DNA of 64,000 nucleotides from a virus (lineage: Duplodnaviria; Caudoviricetes): IMG/VR virus record IMGVR_UViG_3300033075_001328, positions 1 to 64,000 of that record, one strand, 5' to 3'. The notes under the pieces are model-generated. The model ran no database searches, was not told the origin of the DNA, and saw nothing but the letters and a program-made list of their open reading frames with translations. Each line of letters begins with the position of its first letter. Position 1 is the first letter of the stretch. Below are positions 8,771 through 17,978 of the stretch, piece after piece. A program made the position numbers and the translations under genes.

Positions 8771-8795
8771 ATTAACCACTAAAAAGAAATAGGAT

Positions 8796-8981
8796 ATGCC
8801 AAAGCTAACGTTAACATGCGCAATAGATAATAGGGATACTTTAGTTGTATATGAGGATATGAGTAATGGTGTAGAGATTTCTATGTTTAATAATAAAGAA
8901 ATTCTATGTTCTATCGTTGTATCTTTTGAAGATTTGCCTAAACTTATTGAACACCTTCAAGCACAATTAACAAACCAATAA
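8796..8981 (+). CDS. hypothetical protein
   Basis: Co-oriented short ORF. Confidence 0.5.
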   Translation: MPKLTLTCAIDNRDTLVVYEDMSNGVEISMFNNKEILCSIVVSFEDLPKLIEHLQAQLTNQ

Positions 8982-8982
8982 C

Positions 8983-9207
8983 ATGATAGAGATAACAAAA
9001 GACCAGCGCATAGCGAACATGCTTGAGCATGTCGAAAAGGAACTGGAGGTAATATGCGAAGGGAAATACCCATTTTCAATCAGCACAGAGGCAAAGAAAA
9101 GCGTAATTGATAATACGCATGGCAACCATTCTTTGAGAGAGGTTGTTGTTTGGGTAAATGAAAAGAGTTACCTCCACATTCAAGACACGGACATATTACC
9201 ATTTTAA
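8983..9207 (+). CDS. hypothetical protein
   Basis: Ends in DILPF. Confidence 0.5.
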   Translation: MIEITKDQRIANMLEHVEKELEVICEGKYPFSISTEAKKSVIDNTHGNHSLREVVVWVNEKSYLHIQDTDILPF

Positions 9208-9238
9208 TAACCTTTTAAACAATAAACAAACCAGCAAT

Positions 9239-10105
9239 ATGGCAGATTTAGCAACGCAGGGCAACAATAAGCCCGCAACAATCAAAGAATATTTCAACCA
9301 AGAAGCAGTAAAGGCAAAATTCGGCGAACTGCTAGGCAAGCGTAACACGCAGTTTATTACCTCCGTATTACAGGTAGTTAGCAACAATGACTATCTAAAG
9401 AAGGCTAGTCCAGAGAGCGTTTTCCAAGCGGCAATAGTAGCGGCAATACTTGACTTGCCTATACAAAACAACCTAGGCTTTGCGTATATAGTTCCATACG
9501 GCGACAAAGCGCAATTCCAGATTGGTTATAAGGGTCTGACGCAATTAGCACAACGTACAGGGCAATTCAAGACCATATCAGCCGCGCCGATATACGAAGG
9601 GCAAATAGTATCTCAAAACCCACTAACGGGCTACGAGTTTGATTTCAGCAAAAAGACTAGCGATAAGGTAGTTGGCTATGCAGCATACTTCTCTCTTATA
9701 AACGGCTTTGAAAAGACCTTTTACATGACCGTAGAAGAAATTACCGCGCATGGTAAAAGGTACTCTAAAAACTTCAACGGGCTATGGAAAACAGACTTCA
9801 ATGCTATGGCTACCAAAACCGTATTGAAGCTGCTACTAAGCAAGTACGCACCGCTATCGGTTGAAATGCAAAAGGCGGTAATAGCAGACCAATCGGTAAT
9901 AAACGATGCCGATACTATGGATGTTGAATATGTAGATGCAGGCGCAGAGCAAGATGAACAGGTTACATTTGAGGACTTGCAACTTCTTTACGACATGAAA
10001 AAAGAAAGCCTGAGCGAAACCGACAAAGCAAACGCCGAGCGGATATTAACCAACAAAGAAGTTAAGAACTACGCTAAACTTCAAAAAGACCTAGCTAGCA
10101 AGTAA
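9239..10105 (+). CDS. recT: RecT-family ssDNA annealing recombinase
   Basis: AAILDLPIQNNLGFAYIVPYGDKAQFQIGYKGLTQLAQRTGQ, WKTDFNAMATKTVLK; start moved to ATG 9239. Confidence 0.93.
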   Translation: MADLATQGNNKPATIKEYFNQEAVKAKFGELLGKRNTQFITSVLQVVSNNDYLKKASPESVFQAAIVAAILDLPIQNNLGFAYIVPYGDKAQFQIGYKGLTQLAQRTGQFKTISAAPIYEGQIVSQNPLTGYEFDFSKKTSDKVVGYAAYFSLINGFEKTFYMTVEEITAHGKRYSKNFNGLWKTDFNAMATKTVLKLLLSKYAPLSVEMQKAVIADQSVINDADTMDVEYVDAGAEQDEQVTFEDLQLLYDMKKESLSETDKANAERILTNKEVKNYAKLQKDLASK

Positions 10106-10863
10106 TGGACTTAGTACGCATCAACGAAACCCGTAACATCAGCTTTACCAGTAGCCAAATGGTAAGGCTTGCTGCCAACGGCAGGGACAAAAAAAGCCCT
10201 TCGGATAAGTTTTATACTTACATTGAAGAAGTAGCGCAACAGATAAGGCTTGGCAGACCATTAAGTAAAGAGCAAGACGCTAAGGCGGCACTATGGGGCA
10301 AGCTGTGCGAGAAGTATGTGTTTGAAACTAGCGGCTTGTTAGGACTTGAATACACACCTATGGGAGATACAACGCTAAAGCACCCTACTATTAACCAATG
10401 GGCTGGCACACCTGACGTTAAGCGCGAAGGCTTTGTGGGAGACATTAAATGCCCTTTTACAATGGGTTCTTTTTGTGGGCTAGTAGATGAGGCAAGAAAT
10501 GAGAAGCGAGAGATTTTGCACGAAGCGTTAACTGTGGATGCGTTTAAGTACAACCATAAAGATGGTGATAAGTTTTACTGGCAGCTAGTTAGCAACGCAA
10601 TACTACTAGGTGTAGACAAGGCTGAATTAATAGTGTTCTGCCCGTACCAAAGCGAACTAGAGGCAATACGCGACTTGGCTAGCAAGATGCCTAATGACTA
10701 CGAATATCGCTTTGTAACCAATGCACATGATAGCGAGTTGCCATACCTAATTGACGGCGGTCATTACAAGAACCTTAACAAGATTGAATTTGACATACCG
10801 CAAGCCGATATAGACTTTTTAACAGGCAGGGTACTTAAAGCGGTACGATTACTGAATACGTAA
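10105..10863 (+). CDS. lambda/YqaJ-like exonuclease (RecT partner)
   Basis: Coupled to recT; WGKLCE, WAGTPD..DIKCPF (PD-(D/E)xK), YWQLVSNAIL. Confidence 0.8.
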   Translation: MDLVRINETRNISFTSSQMVRLAANGRDKKSPSDKFYTYIEEVAQQIRLGRPLSKEQDAKAALWGKLCEKYVFETSGLLGLEYTPMGDTTLKHPTINQWAGTPDVKREGFVGDIKCPFTMGSFCGLVDEARNEKREILHEALTVDAFKYNHKDGDKFYWQLVSNAILLGVDKAELIVFCPYQSELEAIRDLASKMPNDYEYRFVTNAHDSELPYLIDGGHYKNLNKIEFDIPQADIDFLTGRVLKAVRLLNT

Positions 10864-10937
10864 GATTTGACATAGTGCTGGGCGGCTAGTAGAGGTCAGG
10901 GGCTATGATGCCGCCCTTATTTAAAAATGATTAAATT

Positions 10938-11306
10938 ATGACTAGAGATTTTATACTTGACACCTTATTGCCTTATAAACAAAATAGCGACAACTGCTCG
11001 TTTGAAAAAGGATTGTGCTTGTACTTGAGTGCAAATGGTAATAGGTGTGCGGTCGGCAAACATATGAAAGATGGTTCACACCAAAAAAGCAAAGCATCTA
11101 TAGAATGCCTTCTTAGGGAAAATAGAGAAGATGATATATTGACAGATGCTGCTATTTCGCAACATATTAGTATAAACATATGGATGACGATGCAAAGATA
11201 CCACGATGGCATAGCATTAAAATATGACGTGTCGCATCTTAATAATGTAGTGAGAGAGCTTGAGCTAAAAACAGGATTTGAATTTTCTGAATTAAAGTTT
11301 AACTAA
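10938..11306 (+). CDS. hypothetical protein
   Basis: CLYLSANGNRCAVG motif, Q..HD. Confidence 0.6.
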   Translation: MTRDFILDTLLPYKQNSDNCSFEKGLCLYLSANGNRCAVGKHMKDGSHQKSKASIECLLRENREDDILTDAAISQHISINIWMTMQRYHDGIALKYDVSHLNNVVRELELKTGFEFSELKFN

Positions 11307-11340
11307 CAAACCAACGCTGGCAACGTACTGCTAAAATGAT

Positions 11341-11523
11341 ATGGCTAATAATAAAAGAGGTGCATATTGCCCTTATTGTAACATAGAGCGAAATGAGATA
11401 AAAATTAAACGCCAATATGGAGAATATAGCAGCGTGTATATGCTTGGGTATTGCTCTGCTAGGTGCTATACCCTGCATTATAATGCCAAGTTGTTAAAAG
11501 CAACCCAAATAGACCAAAAATGA
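11341..11523 (+). CDS. small Cys-rich hypothetical protein
   Basis: CPYC...YCSARC. Confidence 0.5.
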   Translation: MANNKRGAYCPYCNIERNEIKIKRQYGEYSSVYMLGYCSARCYTLHYNAKLLKATQIDQK

Positions 11524-12047
11524 AAACAATACGACAACACTTAGAAAGCCTGCCTGAGCTGTACAGGGATATAGCGATATATGAGTGCGAAAGGTTAGGC
11601 GCAGAGGTACTAGATGAAAAATATCCCACACTTCACGATGCTATTAGCTGTATGTTTGTATGGAGTAAAAGTAAAGTTGGTGATGATTTTTGGGCGTACC
11701 TTAGCTTATGGATTAAAATGAATTACACCGAGCCAATTCGCGTCCACAAAAAAGAAAAGACCGCCGCATCCCAAGCTATACTAGATGAACACAGGGCGCA
11801 TTTTGCAGCGCAGGTTAAGGCTATATTGATATTGATGCTAAACGGCACAATAGTAGATAAGAAAACAAGGCTAAAAGGTGCGCCAATAGGTAACGTCAGT
11901 AGTCGCATTAGTGATATTTGCTCGAATGGCATACCTGTGGTTAAGACCAAAAAACTTAACGCTAATGGCAAGATACAATACATGCAATACCATATTGCAC
12001 CCGAACACCGCGCAGATATTGCTAAACGTTTTAAATTGAAGGTATGA
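11520..12047 (+). CDS. hypothetical protein, possible C-terminal winged helix
   Basis: SSRISDICSNGIPV..Y pattern. Confidence 0.55.
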   Translation: MKTIRQHLESLPELYRDIAIYECERLGAEVLDEKYPTLHDAISCMFVWSKSKVGDDFWAYLSLWIKMNYTEPIRVHKKEKTAASQAILDEHRAHFAAQVKAILILMLNGTIVDKKTRLKGAPIGNVSSRISDICSNGIPVVKTKKLNANGKIQYMQYHIAPEHRADIAKRFKLKV

Positions 12048-12481
12048 GGTTTATAAAGGATGGATATGTTGGCACTAATGCCTGTCCAACACTTAGCGAT
12101 TATAAAAATGTGGTTGATTTCTGGGTAAATAATCCAGAAACCAAAAAAGTTGACATTGCCAATAAGTTCAATCTAACATGTAGTGCTATTAGTACCATTG
12201 TTAGTAACGCTAAGGTGAACGGCATAAACATAGTATTTGCTGAACATGAAAAGCGGCTGCCTGCTATTAAAGAATCTAAACAACATAAGCAGACTTCGTT
12301 CCCTGAGCTAGATTTTAGCGGATTAAAAAGGAAAGGGGACAAGACCTTCCTTACGCACAATTTTAGACCTATAGTTATTGAGAGGATGCGAAAGTATGGC
12401 AAATTGCTAGCTGACAGGTCTGGCATAAGTGTAACAACCAAAAAGGTTGAGGACAAAATGTATTTTATTAGAACGAATTAA
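12044..12481 (+). CDS. HTH-containing hypothetical protein
   Basis: KKVDIANKFNLTCSAISTIV. Confidence 0.55.
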   Translation: MRFIKDGYVGTNACPTLSDYKNVVDFWVNNPETKKVDIANKFNLTCSAISTIVSNAKVNGINIVFAEHEKRLPAIKESKQHKQTSFPELDFSGLKRKGDKTFLTHNFRPIVIERMRKYGKLLADRSGISVTTKKVEDKMYFIRTN

Positions 12482-12553
12482 ACGCATAGCATGAAAAACA
12501 TAATCTTTTAGCGAGCCAAGAATATTATTTATAAACTATAAAATCAAACCAAA

Positions 12554-12889
12554 ATGGTACTAGAAATCAAAGCAAGTCATTTCAAAGGCACTACTTTCAA
12601 AGGCATGGACTCTTGCTGCGTTTGCAATGCAGTAAAGGAAGCAACAGGCAGAGATTGCACATTTAACGGAACAAGTGTTGTGTTTAGTGGTAAAGAATGG
12701 CACGGCACAACGGGCATGATAAAGTCAGACCAAGGTTGGATGAGCTTAACTTATCACGAAATTGATGCCAACAAGCATTATCAACAAGCCGAAAAATATG
12801 GATTTGATGATAGGGTAGTACACAAGCTGCATATACCTTCAATGGCTCCTACAACTTGGCATTTAAAAAATGCAAATACTGGCCAATAA
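12554..12889 (+). CDS. hypothetical protein
   Basis: Co-oriented ORF. Confidence 0.55.
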   Translation: MVLEIKASHFKGTTFKGMDSCCVCNAVKEATGRDCTFNGTSVVFSGKEWHGTTGMIKSDQGWMSLTYHEIDANKHYQQAEKYGFDDRVVHKLHIPSMAPTTWHLKNANTGQ

Positions 12890-12890
12890 T

Positions 12891-12921
12891 TTTGCCGACT
12901 AGCTAAGAATCGGTATATTTG
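12891..12921 (+). promoter_or_regulatory. Bacteroidota sigma-70 promoter
   Basis: Perfect TTTG-N19-TATATTTG. Confidence 0.85.
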
Positions 12922-12940
12922 TAGCGCGTTCTGAAATCAA

Positions 12941-13050
12941 TACTCATCTTGGCGGCTGAGTAATTACTGATAAAAATTAAAGCCCTTTTTAAATCAACGT
13001 TTGTGCCGCCAAAGTAACAAGCTGAGAGATAAGAAGGGCTTTTTTATTTA
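12941..13050 (+). promoter_or_regulatory. structured leader with terminator-like hairpin and loop-loop complementarity
   Basis: TACTCA/TGAGTA stem with TTGGCGGC loop; AAAGCCCTT/AAGGGCTTT stem plus U-tract enclosing GCCGCCAA. Confidence 0.6.
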
Positions 13051-13052
13051 CT

Positions 13053-13568
13053 ATGGCAACACAATGGTATTTACAGAAATTAAAAGACCCTAGATGGCAA
13101 AGAAAACGCCTTGAAATATTAAGCAGGGATGAATTTACTTGCTTAAGATGCGGAGATATAGAAACAGAGCTTCATATACACCACAATGCCTACAAAGGTA
13201 ATCCGTGGGAGATTTCAAATGAGCATTTAGAAACGCTTTGCAAGAACTGCCATGCAATAGTTGAGAAAAAGAAATCATTCTGCCCGTTTACCCTAATAAA
13301 CGACCTTGATAATATGTTATTACATGGAGATAAGTTTAGTAGGCATATAAGAGCACATTTTATTAAATGGATAGCTAGGACAAATCAATATATCCATAAA
13401 GTTTACGGTGAAAAGGAAATGATTCTGTGGAAACCTGTCTACCATTACAACAATTGCTCCGAAGTAGAAATTCAAAAGCAGCTTGACTTTATAGACTATA
13501 TGCAAAGCCTACCGCCTTGCGAAGATTGGCTAGAATTTATAAATGATACCGAAAACATAATAAATTAA
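13053..13568 (+). CDS. HNH endonuclease
   Basis: LKDPRWQRKRLEILSRDEFTCLRC...LHIHH...LETLCKNCH. Confidence 0.9.
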   Translation: MATQWYLQKLKDPRWQRKRLEILSRDEFTCLRCGDIETELHIHHNAYKGNPWEISNEHLETLCKNCHAIVEKKKSFCPFTLINDLDNMLLHGDKFSRHIRAHFIKWIARTNQYIHKVYGEKEMILWKPVYHYNNCSEVEIQKQLDFIDYMQSLPPCEDWLEFINDTENIIN

Positions 13569-13573
13569 CTACC

Positions 13574-13960
13574 ATGCACACCCGACTAGAATACGACATA
13601 GCAAGCTACGAGAGAAAAGGTTACGACTTTTCGTTCTTGCCACCTAGAATTTACGATGCCTTGAGCGAGTACCTTACATATAGGGAAAACTTAGGCTACC
13701 CAATTAAGGTATATGATAGCATTGCGCGAACCATTAGCAGCCTGCAACAATACTCTGAACAACAACAAGCTGAAATACTTTACAGCACGATAGAAAGCGG
13801 ATTTGCAACAATAAAATACCCGAAAATCAATAACTATAATGGAGCGAAACAATCAACTAGCAAACGTACAGGACACGACATTAGTGCCATTGATAACGCA
13901 GCCGATGAAGTACTACGACAGTATCAAATGCGCTACACCGATAGAGGCAATAATGAGTAA
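13574..13960 (+). CDS. putative replication initiator/replisome organiser (C-terminal-type domain)
   Basis: EYLTYRENLGYPIK...QAEILYSTIESGFATI resembles phage initiator C-termini; overlaps next gene like O/P pairs. Confidence 0.45.
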   Translation: MHTRLEYDIASYERKGYDFSFLPPRIYDALSEYLTYRENLGYPIKVYDSIARTISSLQQYSEQQQAEILYSTIESGFATIKYPKINNYNGAKQSTSKRTGHDISAIDNAADEVLRQYQMRYTDRGNNE

Positions 13961-14756
13961 TACACCTGCATTGGCTTACATAAGATTAAAAGAGGGTGAG
14001 GTGTTAGTAAAGGCTATATTGGTTAAACTAGTAAACAACCTCGTGAAGTTTTTCAATGTAGGCAAATCAATGACAGACGCACAGGTTGCAGAAACGGTGG
14101 ATTTAATTTTAACTAGCCATTACTATTTCAAGATTGCCGATTTCAAGGTATGTTTTGACGGTATAAAGACTGGCAAGTATTTAGACGGCGGCAAGTTGTT
14201 TGATAGGCTAGATGGGCAAATAATATTAGGCGCACTTGCAAGCTATGCAGAAGAAAGACTTACGCTGGCAGAGGACTTGAAATTGGCAGAACATAAAAAG
14301 GAGCAGCAAAGGATTGATGCCGAAAGGGGCGAAACAAAGTATTTAGTGCAAGTCGGCGAAGATTATATCCGAGAAAGCGACACAAGCTACCTTTTTGAGC
14401 CGAAAAAAGAACTTGCCACTACTTACACCTACAATGCAGCCTATGCGCTTAAAGCGCTCCTATTGCAGAATAACTATGAGGACGTGAAAATGGTGAACGA
14501 AAAGCAGATTTCGGGCTTAATGGAACGGTTGTTAGTTGATAAGCCTGACTTGGTAGACAAGAAAACCAAGTTTCACTATGCCACGCGCGATTACTACGAT
14601 AAGAAAGCGGCTATTGAGGCTAGCGATATGAGCGAATTTGATAAGTGTAATGCCATACGCGCCCTAGCTGAATTAGAGCCGTTTAGTAAAGAAGAATATG
14701 CTGCATACATAGCGGCAATAACCAAACCCCATTTAGATAACCCATTTAAAGCATAG
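13839..14756 (+). CDS. putative replication/helicase-loader-associated protein
   Basis: LVKFFNVGKSMTDAQVAETVDLI..YYFKIADFKVCFDGIKTGKY..KLFDRLDGQII; pattern seen in Bacteroidota phage replication loci. Confidence 0.5.
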   Translation: MERNNQLANVQDTTLVPLITQPMKYYDSIKCATPIEAIMSNTPALAYIRLKEGEVLVKAILVKLVNNLVKFFNVGKSMTDAQVAETVDLILTSHYYFKIADFKVCFDGIKTGKYLDGGKLFDRLDGQIILGALASYAEERLTLAEDLKLAEHKKEQQRIDAERGETKYLVQVGEDYIRESDTSYLFEPKKELATTYTYNAAYALKALLLQNNYEDVKMVNEKQISGLMERLLVDKPDLVDKKTKFHYATRDYYDKKAAIEASDMSEFDKCNAIRALAELEPFSKEEYAAYIAAITKPHLDNPFKA

Positions 14757-14758
14757 CT

Positions 14759-15424
14759 ATGCTAAAATATTTAATGGGCTGGTTGCTTAACCAAGCCAAT
14801 AGGTACGAAAAGAATGAGTATTACTATGCTGTAAAGAACAAGGTTATAAAGCAGTTTGGCAGTTATGTATGTACGGATGTGCAGCATATAGAAGGCAAGA
14901 AATGCTATACCTGCGGCGGTAGTGGTGTGTATGTTGGTTATAATTATCACGGATATCAATATGCCGATAGTTGCAGAAATTGTTATAACGGTTGGTATAA
15001 ACGACCTATGTGGGTTTTACTTGAAAAGTACCAAGTAGGCAGTTACTACTTCCATCAACCTAAGAAGAAGGTTTATGAAAATCCACAGATAACAGTTAAC
15101 ATAAACGGATACATATCGCATGACACTAGCAAGTATGGAGCATACGCCGCCGTTTTGCTATACATGATTTATGAGAAAGGCTATCTAAAAAGGTGGTACA
15201 AGTCGGCTGGTATGGGTTGGTATAGTAGGTGGTATTCGCCAAAAAATTTACCGCATACTATTATACACTTTATTAAGTACAAGCAAAAAGCATATCCAAT
15301 AGTTTATTTTAATGAATGGATTAATAAGCCAAGCGGATATGTGCGTGATGTAGTTTATGACTATGATTTTTTTGTAGGTAGGAAAAGTAATACTATTACC
15401 ATAGATGATGATTTACCCTTTTAA
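14759..15424 (+). CDS. hypothetical protein with DnaJ-like CxxCxGxG motif
   Basis: CYTCGGSG...CRNCYNG, YFHQP, DDDLPF tail. Confidence 0.65.
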   Translation: MLKYLMGWLLNQANRYEKNEYYYAVKNKVIKQFGSYVCTDVQHIEGKKCYTCGGSGVYVGYNYHGYQYADSCRNCYNGWYKRPMWVLLEKYQVGSYYFHQPKKKVYENPQITVNINGYISHDTSKYGAYAAVLLYMIYEKGYLKRWYKSAGMGWYSRWYSPKNLPHTIIHFIKYKQKAYPIVYFNEWINKPSGYVRDVVYDYDFFVGRKSNTITIDDDLPF

Positions 15425-15448
15425 TAACCCATTTTAAAAAGAAACAGT

Positions 15449-16444
15449 ATGAAAGAACACAACTACAGATTTGTACAGCCCGTATCAATGCAGGTCAACC
15501 AAGAGCAATTCGATTGCCTAAAGCCGAAACTGGAGGCGATGGGGTATGTGTATAGAGATGATGCTAGAACTTCCAATAGGCTTGTTATAGCTACAAACTT
15601 TGTGGGCAATTTTCTGCATTTTAGCCTTATTGAAGGTCAACTAAAAGATAGGCACTACCGCCACTTCATAGACCACTACAACCCCGAACTGTTCCTAGCA
15701 ATAGCGGCAATGACCGATGCGGAGTTTGGTATCGCTGGGGAGCATTGGGTGTGTATTAACGCCGACAACACGAATAGATTTACAGTAGGAAAGATTTATG
15801 TTGCCACAAATCCAATTAATGGTGCGGCATTTATTGATGATAAAGGAGATAAAAACGGATGGAGCGGGACTAACCTACAACACTTCCGCCGCGCCACCCT
15901 CCCCGAACTAATTTCACACTATACCAAACCTAAAAAAGATATGAGTACAGAAACTAGAAACGTGCAACTAAGCCTAGAACAGGCCAAGGCACTTTACGAA
16001 AAAGATAAGGAGCAGTACGCTTGGTTGCTGCCGACATTCCCTGAACTGGAGAAGCCGAAGAAAATTACGTGGGAGGGGTTGGGGCAAGTAAAAGGGTATT
16101 TTACAGGTGATTTCTCAATCGTAAAATACGCTAATCAAGTATCGTTAGATGCAAATAAAAACATCTACCGCACCGAAGCTCAAGCCCGTGGCGCATTGGC
16201 ACAGTCCATGATAACGCAACTTTTGCCTGTGTATAATGGGGATTGGGTGGCGGATAGTTTACTTAGGCATGAAAAATACTGCATTATACTACGAGAAAAT
16301 AATTGGAAGATTGCAGGATGGGTAACTGATATTGCTACTATCCTAAATTTCAAAGACCGCGCCACCGCCGAACGCTTCCTAGCCGAGCAGTCCGAACTAC
16401 TAGAGCAGTACAAGGGCTTATTTATCGAACCTAAAAAGGATTAG
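15449..16444 (+). CDS. modular hypothetical protein (N-domain shared with 21042..22286)
   Basis: PVSM..EQF..LKP.LEAMGY...LFLAIAAMTD...GIAGE.W. Confidence 0.7.
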   Translation: MKEHNYRFVQPVSMQVNQEQFDCLKPKLEAMGYVYRDDARTSNRLVIATNFVGNFLHFSLIEGQLKDRHYRHFIDHYNPELFLAIAAMTDAEFGIAGEHWVCINADNTNRFTVGKIYVATNPINGAAFIDDKGDKNGWSGTNLQHFRRATLPELISHYTKPKKDMSTETRNVQLSLEQAKALYEKDKEQYAWLLPTFPELEKPKKITWEGLGQVKGYFTGDFSIVKYANQVSLDANKNIYRTEAQARGALAQSMITQLLPVYNGDWVADSLLRHEKYCIILRENNWKIAGWVTDIATILNFKDRATAERFLAEQSELLEQYKGLFIEPKKD

Positions 16445-16446
16445 TT

Positions 16447-16791
16447 ATGAGAAGCCTATTACAAACAACAGGTGTTATATTAGCCATCTTACTAGCTAGT
16501 GTAGCTATTGCATTGGTGTCGGTTTACTTTATGGGAAACTATCATTTAGCCTCCCCTACGAAAAATAGGCACGTATATGCTAGCGCATATGCATTTGATA
16601 CTACATTTTATCGTGTCGAAAGAGCCGACAATGGATTTGTTTCATACACCAATCTATCTAACGGATTTACTCATGTTACTAGAGAAAAATATTTTAGGTC
16701 ATCATTGATAGGCGAATACGATAGCATTACAAACAAAATTGTCAATACAGGCGGTGTAGGCAATTATTTGAAAGCACTAAAAATTCAATAA
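16447..16791 (+). CDS. membrane-anchored hypothetical protein
   Basis: N-terminal hydrophobic helix. Confidence 0.55.
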   Translation: MRSLLQTTGVILAILLASVAIALVSVYFMGNYHLASPTKNRHVYASAYAFDTTFYRVERADNGFVSYTNLSNGFTHVTREKYFRSSLIGEYDSITNKIVNTGGVGNYLKALKIQ

Positions 16792-16793
16792 TT

Positions 16794-17024
16794 ATGAGCG
16801 AAGAAATAAAGCCATACCAAGTCAGCTACGTTGCCGATAAACCGAGTGATGTGCTAGAAATGGAGGAGCTAGAAAAGGAACGCTTAACCTTAGAGAAGGA
16901 CATAAGCACTCTTAATTCAATATTGCAGCGCATGTTTTTAGCTATAGTTAATAGCCCCGAAAATAAATCACTTGCAGAGGCGCATGTTAGGCTGAATACA
17001 ATTAATAAACTGCTAAATAAATAA
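16794..17024 (+). CDS. hypothetical protein
   Basis: Co-oriented coiled-coil ORF. Confidence 0.5.
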   Translation: MSEEIKPYQVSYVADKPSDVLEMEELEKERLTLEKDISTLNSILQRMFLAIVNSPENKSLAEAHVRLNTINKLLNK

Positions 17025-17025
17025 C

Positions 17026-17406
17026 ATGAAAGACTTAAACACATTGTGCAAAGAGGCACACGAAAACTCTAAATCGAAAGGTTTTTACGATGAACCTAAG
17101 AATATCGGCGAAATGCTGGCACTAATACATAGCGAAGTAAGCGAGGCGTTGGAGGCGGATAGGAAAGGTAGATATTGCAAGTTAAAAGAGGATGGTATGA
17201 AGTATATGCAAGAGCAAGTTTCAGGCATAGCTTTTTCCCTAAACTATAAAGAAGAAATCAAAGGCACATTTGAAGAAGAAATGGCGGACATTGTAATTCG
17301 CGTATTTGACATGTGCGGCTTCAAAGGCATTGACCTAGCATCGCATGTTGAAATGAAGATGCGGTTTAACTCACTACGTGAACACAAGCACGGCAAAAAG
17401 TATTAA
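17026..17406 (+). CDS. MazG-like NTP pyrophosphohydrolase
   Basis: LALIHSEVSEALEADR...EEEMADIVIRVFD...KMRFNSLREHKHGKKY. Confidence 0.88.
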   Translation: MKDLNTLCKEAHENSKSKGFYDEPKNIGEMLALIHSEVSEALEADRKGRYCKLKEDGMKYMQEQVSGIAFSLNYKEEIKGTFEEEMADIVIRVFDMCGFKGIDLASHVEMKMRFNSLREHKHGKKY

Positions 17407-17409
17407 CCC

Positions 17410-17604
17410 ATGACCCTAAAAGATAAAATGCAGACCGCAGTAGATGCGCTGCTGAACGAAGCTAACGGCAGTACCGAAACGAGCAAGATTGTGGCGGTGT
17501 GTGCGGAGGTGGCGAAGGATTATTATGTACACAACCACAAGGTAACTACTACTTTTAACGGAATAATAGAAACTACGGAAGTTTGGGGCAACAAAAAAGG
17601 CTAG
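17410..17604 (+). CDS. hypothetical protein
   Basis: Last ORF before convergent terminator. Confidence 0.5.
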   Translation: MTLKDKMQTAVDALLNEANGSTETSKIVAVCAEVAKDYYVHNHKVTTTFNGIIETTEVWGNKKG

Positions 17605-17618
17605 CCCGTAAGCTAGCC
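17593..17618 (-). terminator. intrinsic terminator of lysis transcript
   Basis: GGCTAGC/GCTAGCC stem followed by T6 on minus strand. Confidence 0.7.
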
Positions 17619-17638
17619 CCACCATTTGGAAAAGGGAT

Positions 17639-17953
17639 TTATTTCTTAGCAGCTTTCTTGCCGCTATACTGTTTCGTTATCACATTGGTACTATCAAACA
17701 CAACCGTGCCTGTTACGTTGCCCTTCACAGCATCCACGCACAAATTAGCCGATGTAATACCGTTCGCCTTAGCTTTCTTCCACTCCCACAATTCGCTTTG
17801 GCTATAATGCACCGTAAGCGTTTTGGTGGTGTCATTGTAATATGCTTGCCCAACGTTGTTCTTAGTGAACTTCTTAATAAATGGTGTCGGGTTTAAAGAT
17901 GCACAACTAGCCAATGCAAGGCAAGCGGTTAGGATTAGGATGGTTTGTTTCAT
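17639..17953 (-). CDS. lipoprotein, possible spanin component
   Basis: MKQTILILTACLALAS-C lipobox, two genes downstream of endolysin. Confidence 0.55.
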   Translation of the reverse strand: MKQTILILTACLALASCASLNPTPFIKKFTKNNVGQAYYNDTTKTLTVHYSQSELWEWKKAKANGITSANLCVDAVKGNVTGTVVFDSTNVITKQYSGKKAAKK

Positions 17954-17978
17954 ATAGTTGATTGTTTATGTAAAAGTA

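Noticed and set aside
10875-10920. Hairpin GGGCGGC..GCCGCCC after the exonuclease as an ncRNA
   Set aside because: It is a short single stem with a weak U-tract, most likely a terminator or mRNA-stability element.
13839-13960. 122-nt overlap of the two replication-like ORFs as a programmed frameshift
   Set aside because: Each ORF has its own ATG and stop, no slippery heptamer was seen, and such overlaps are common in initiator/loader pairs.
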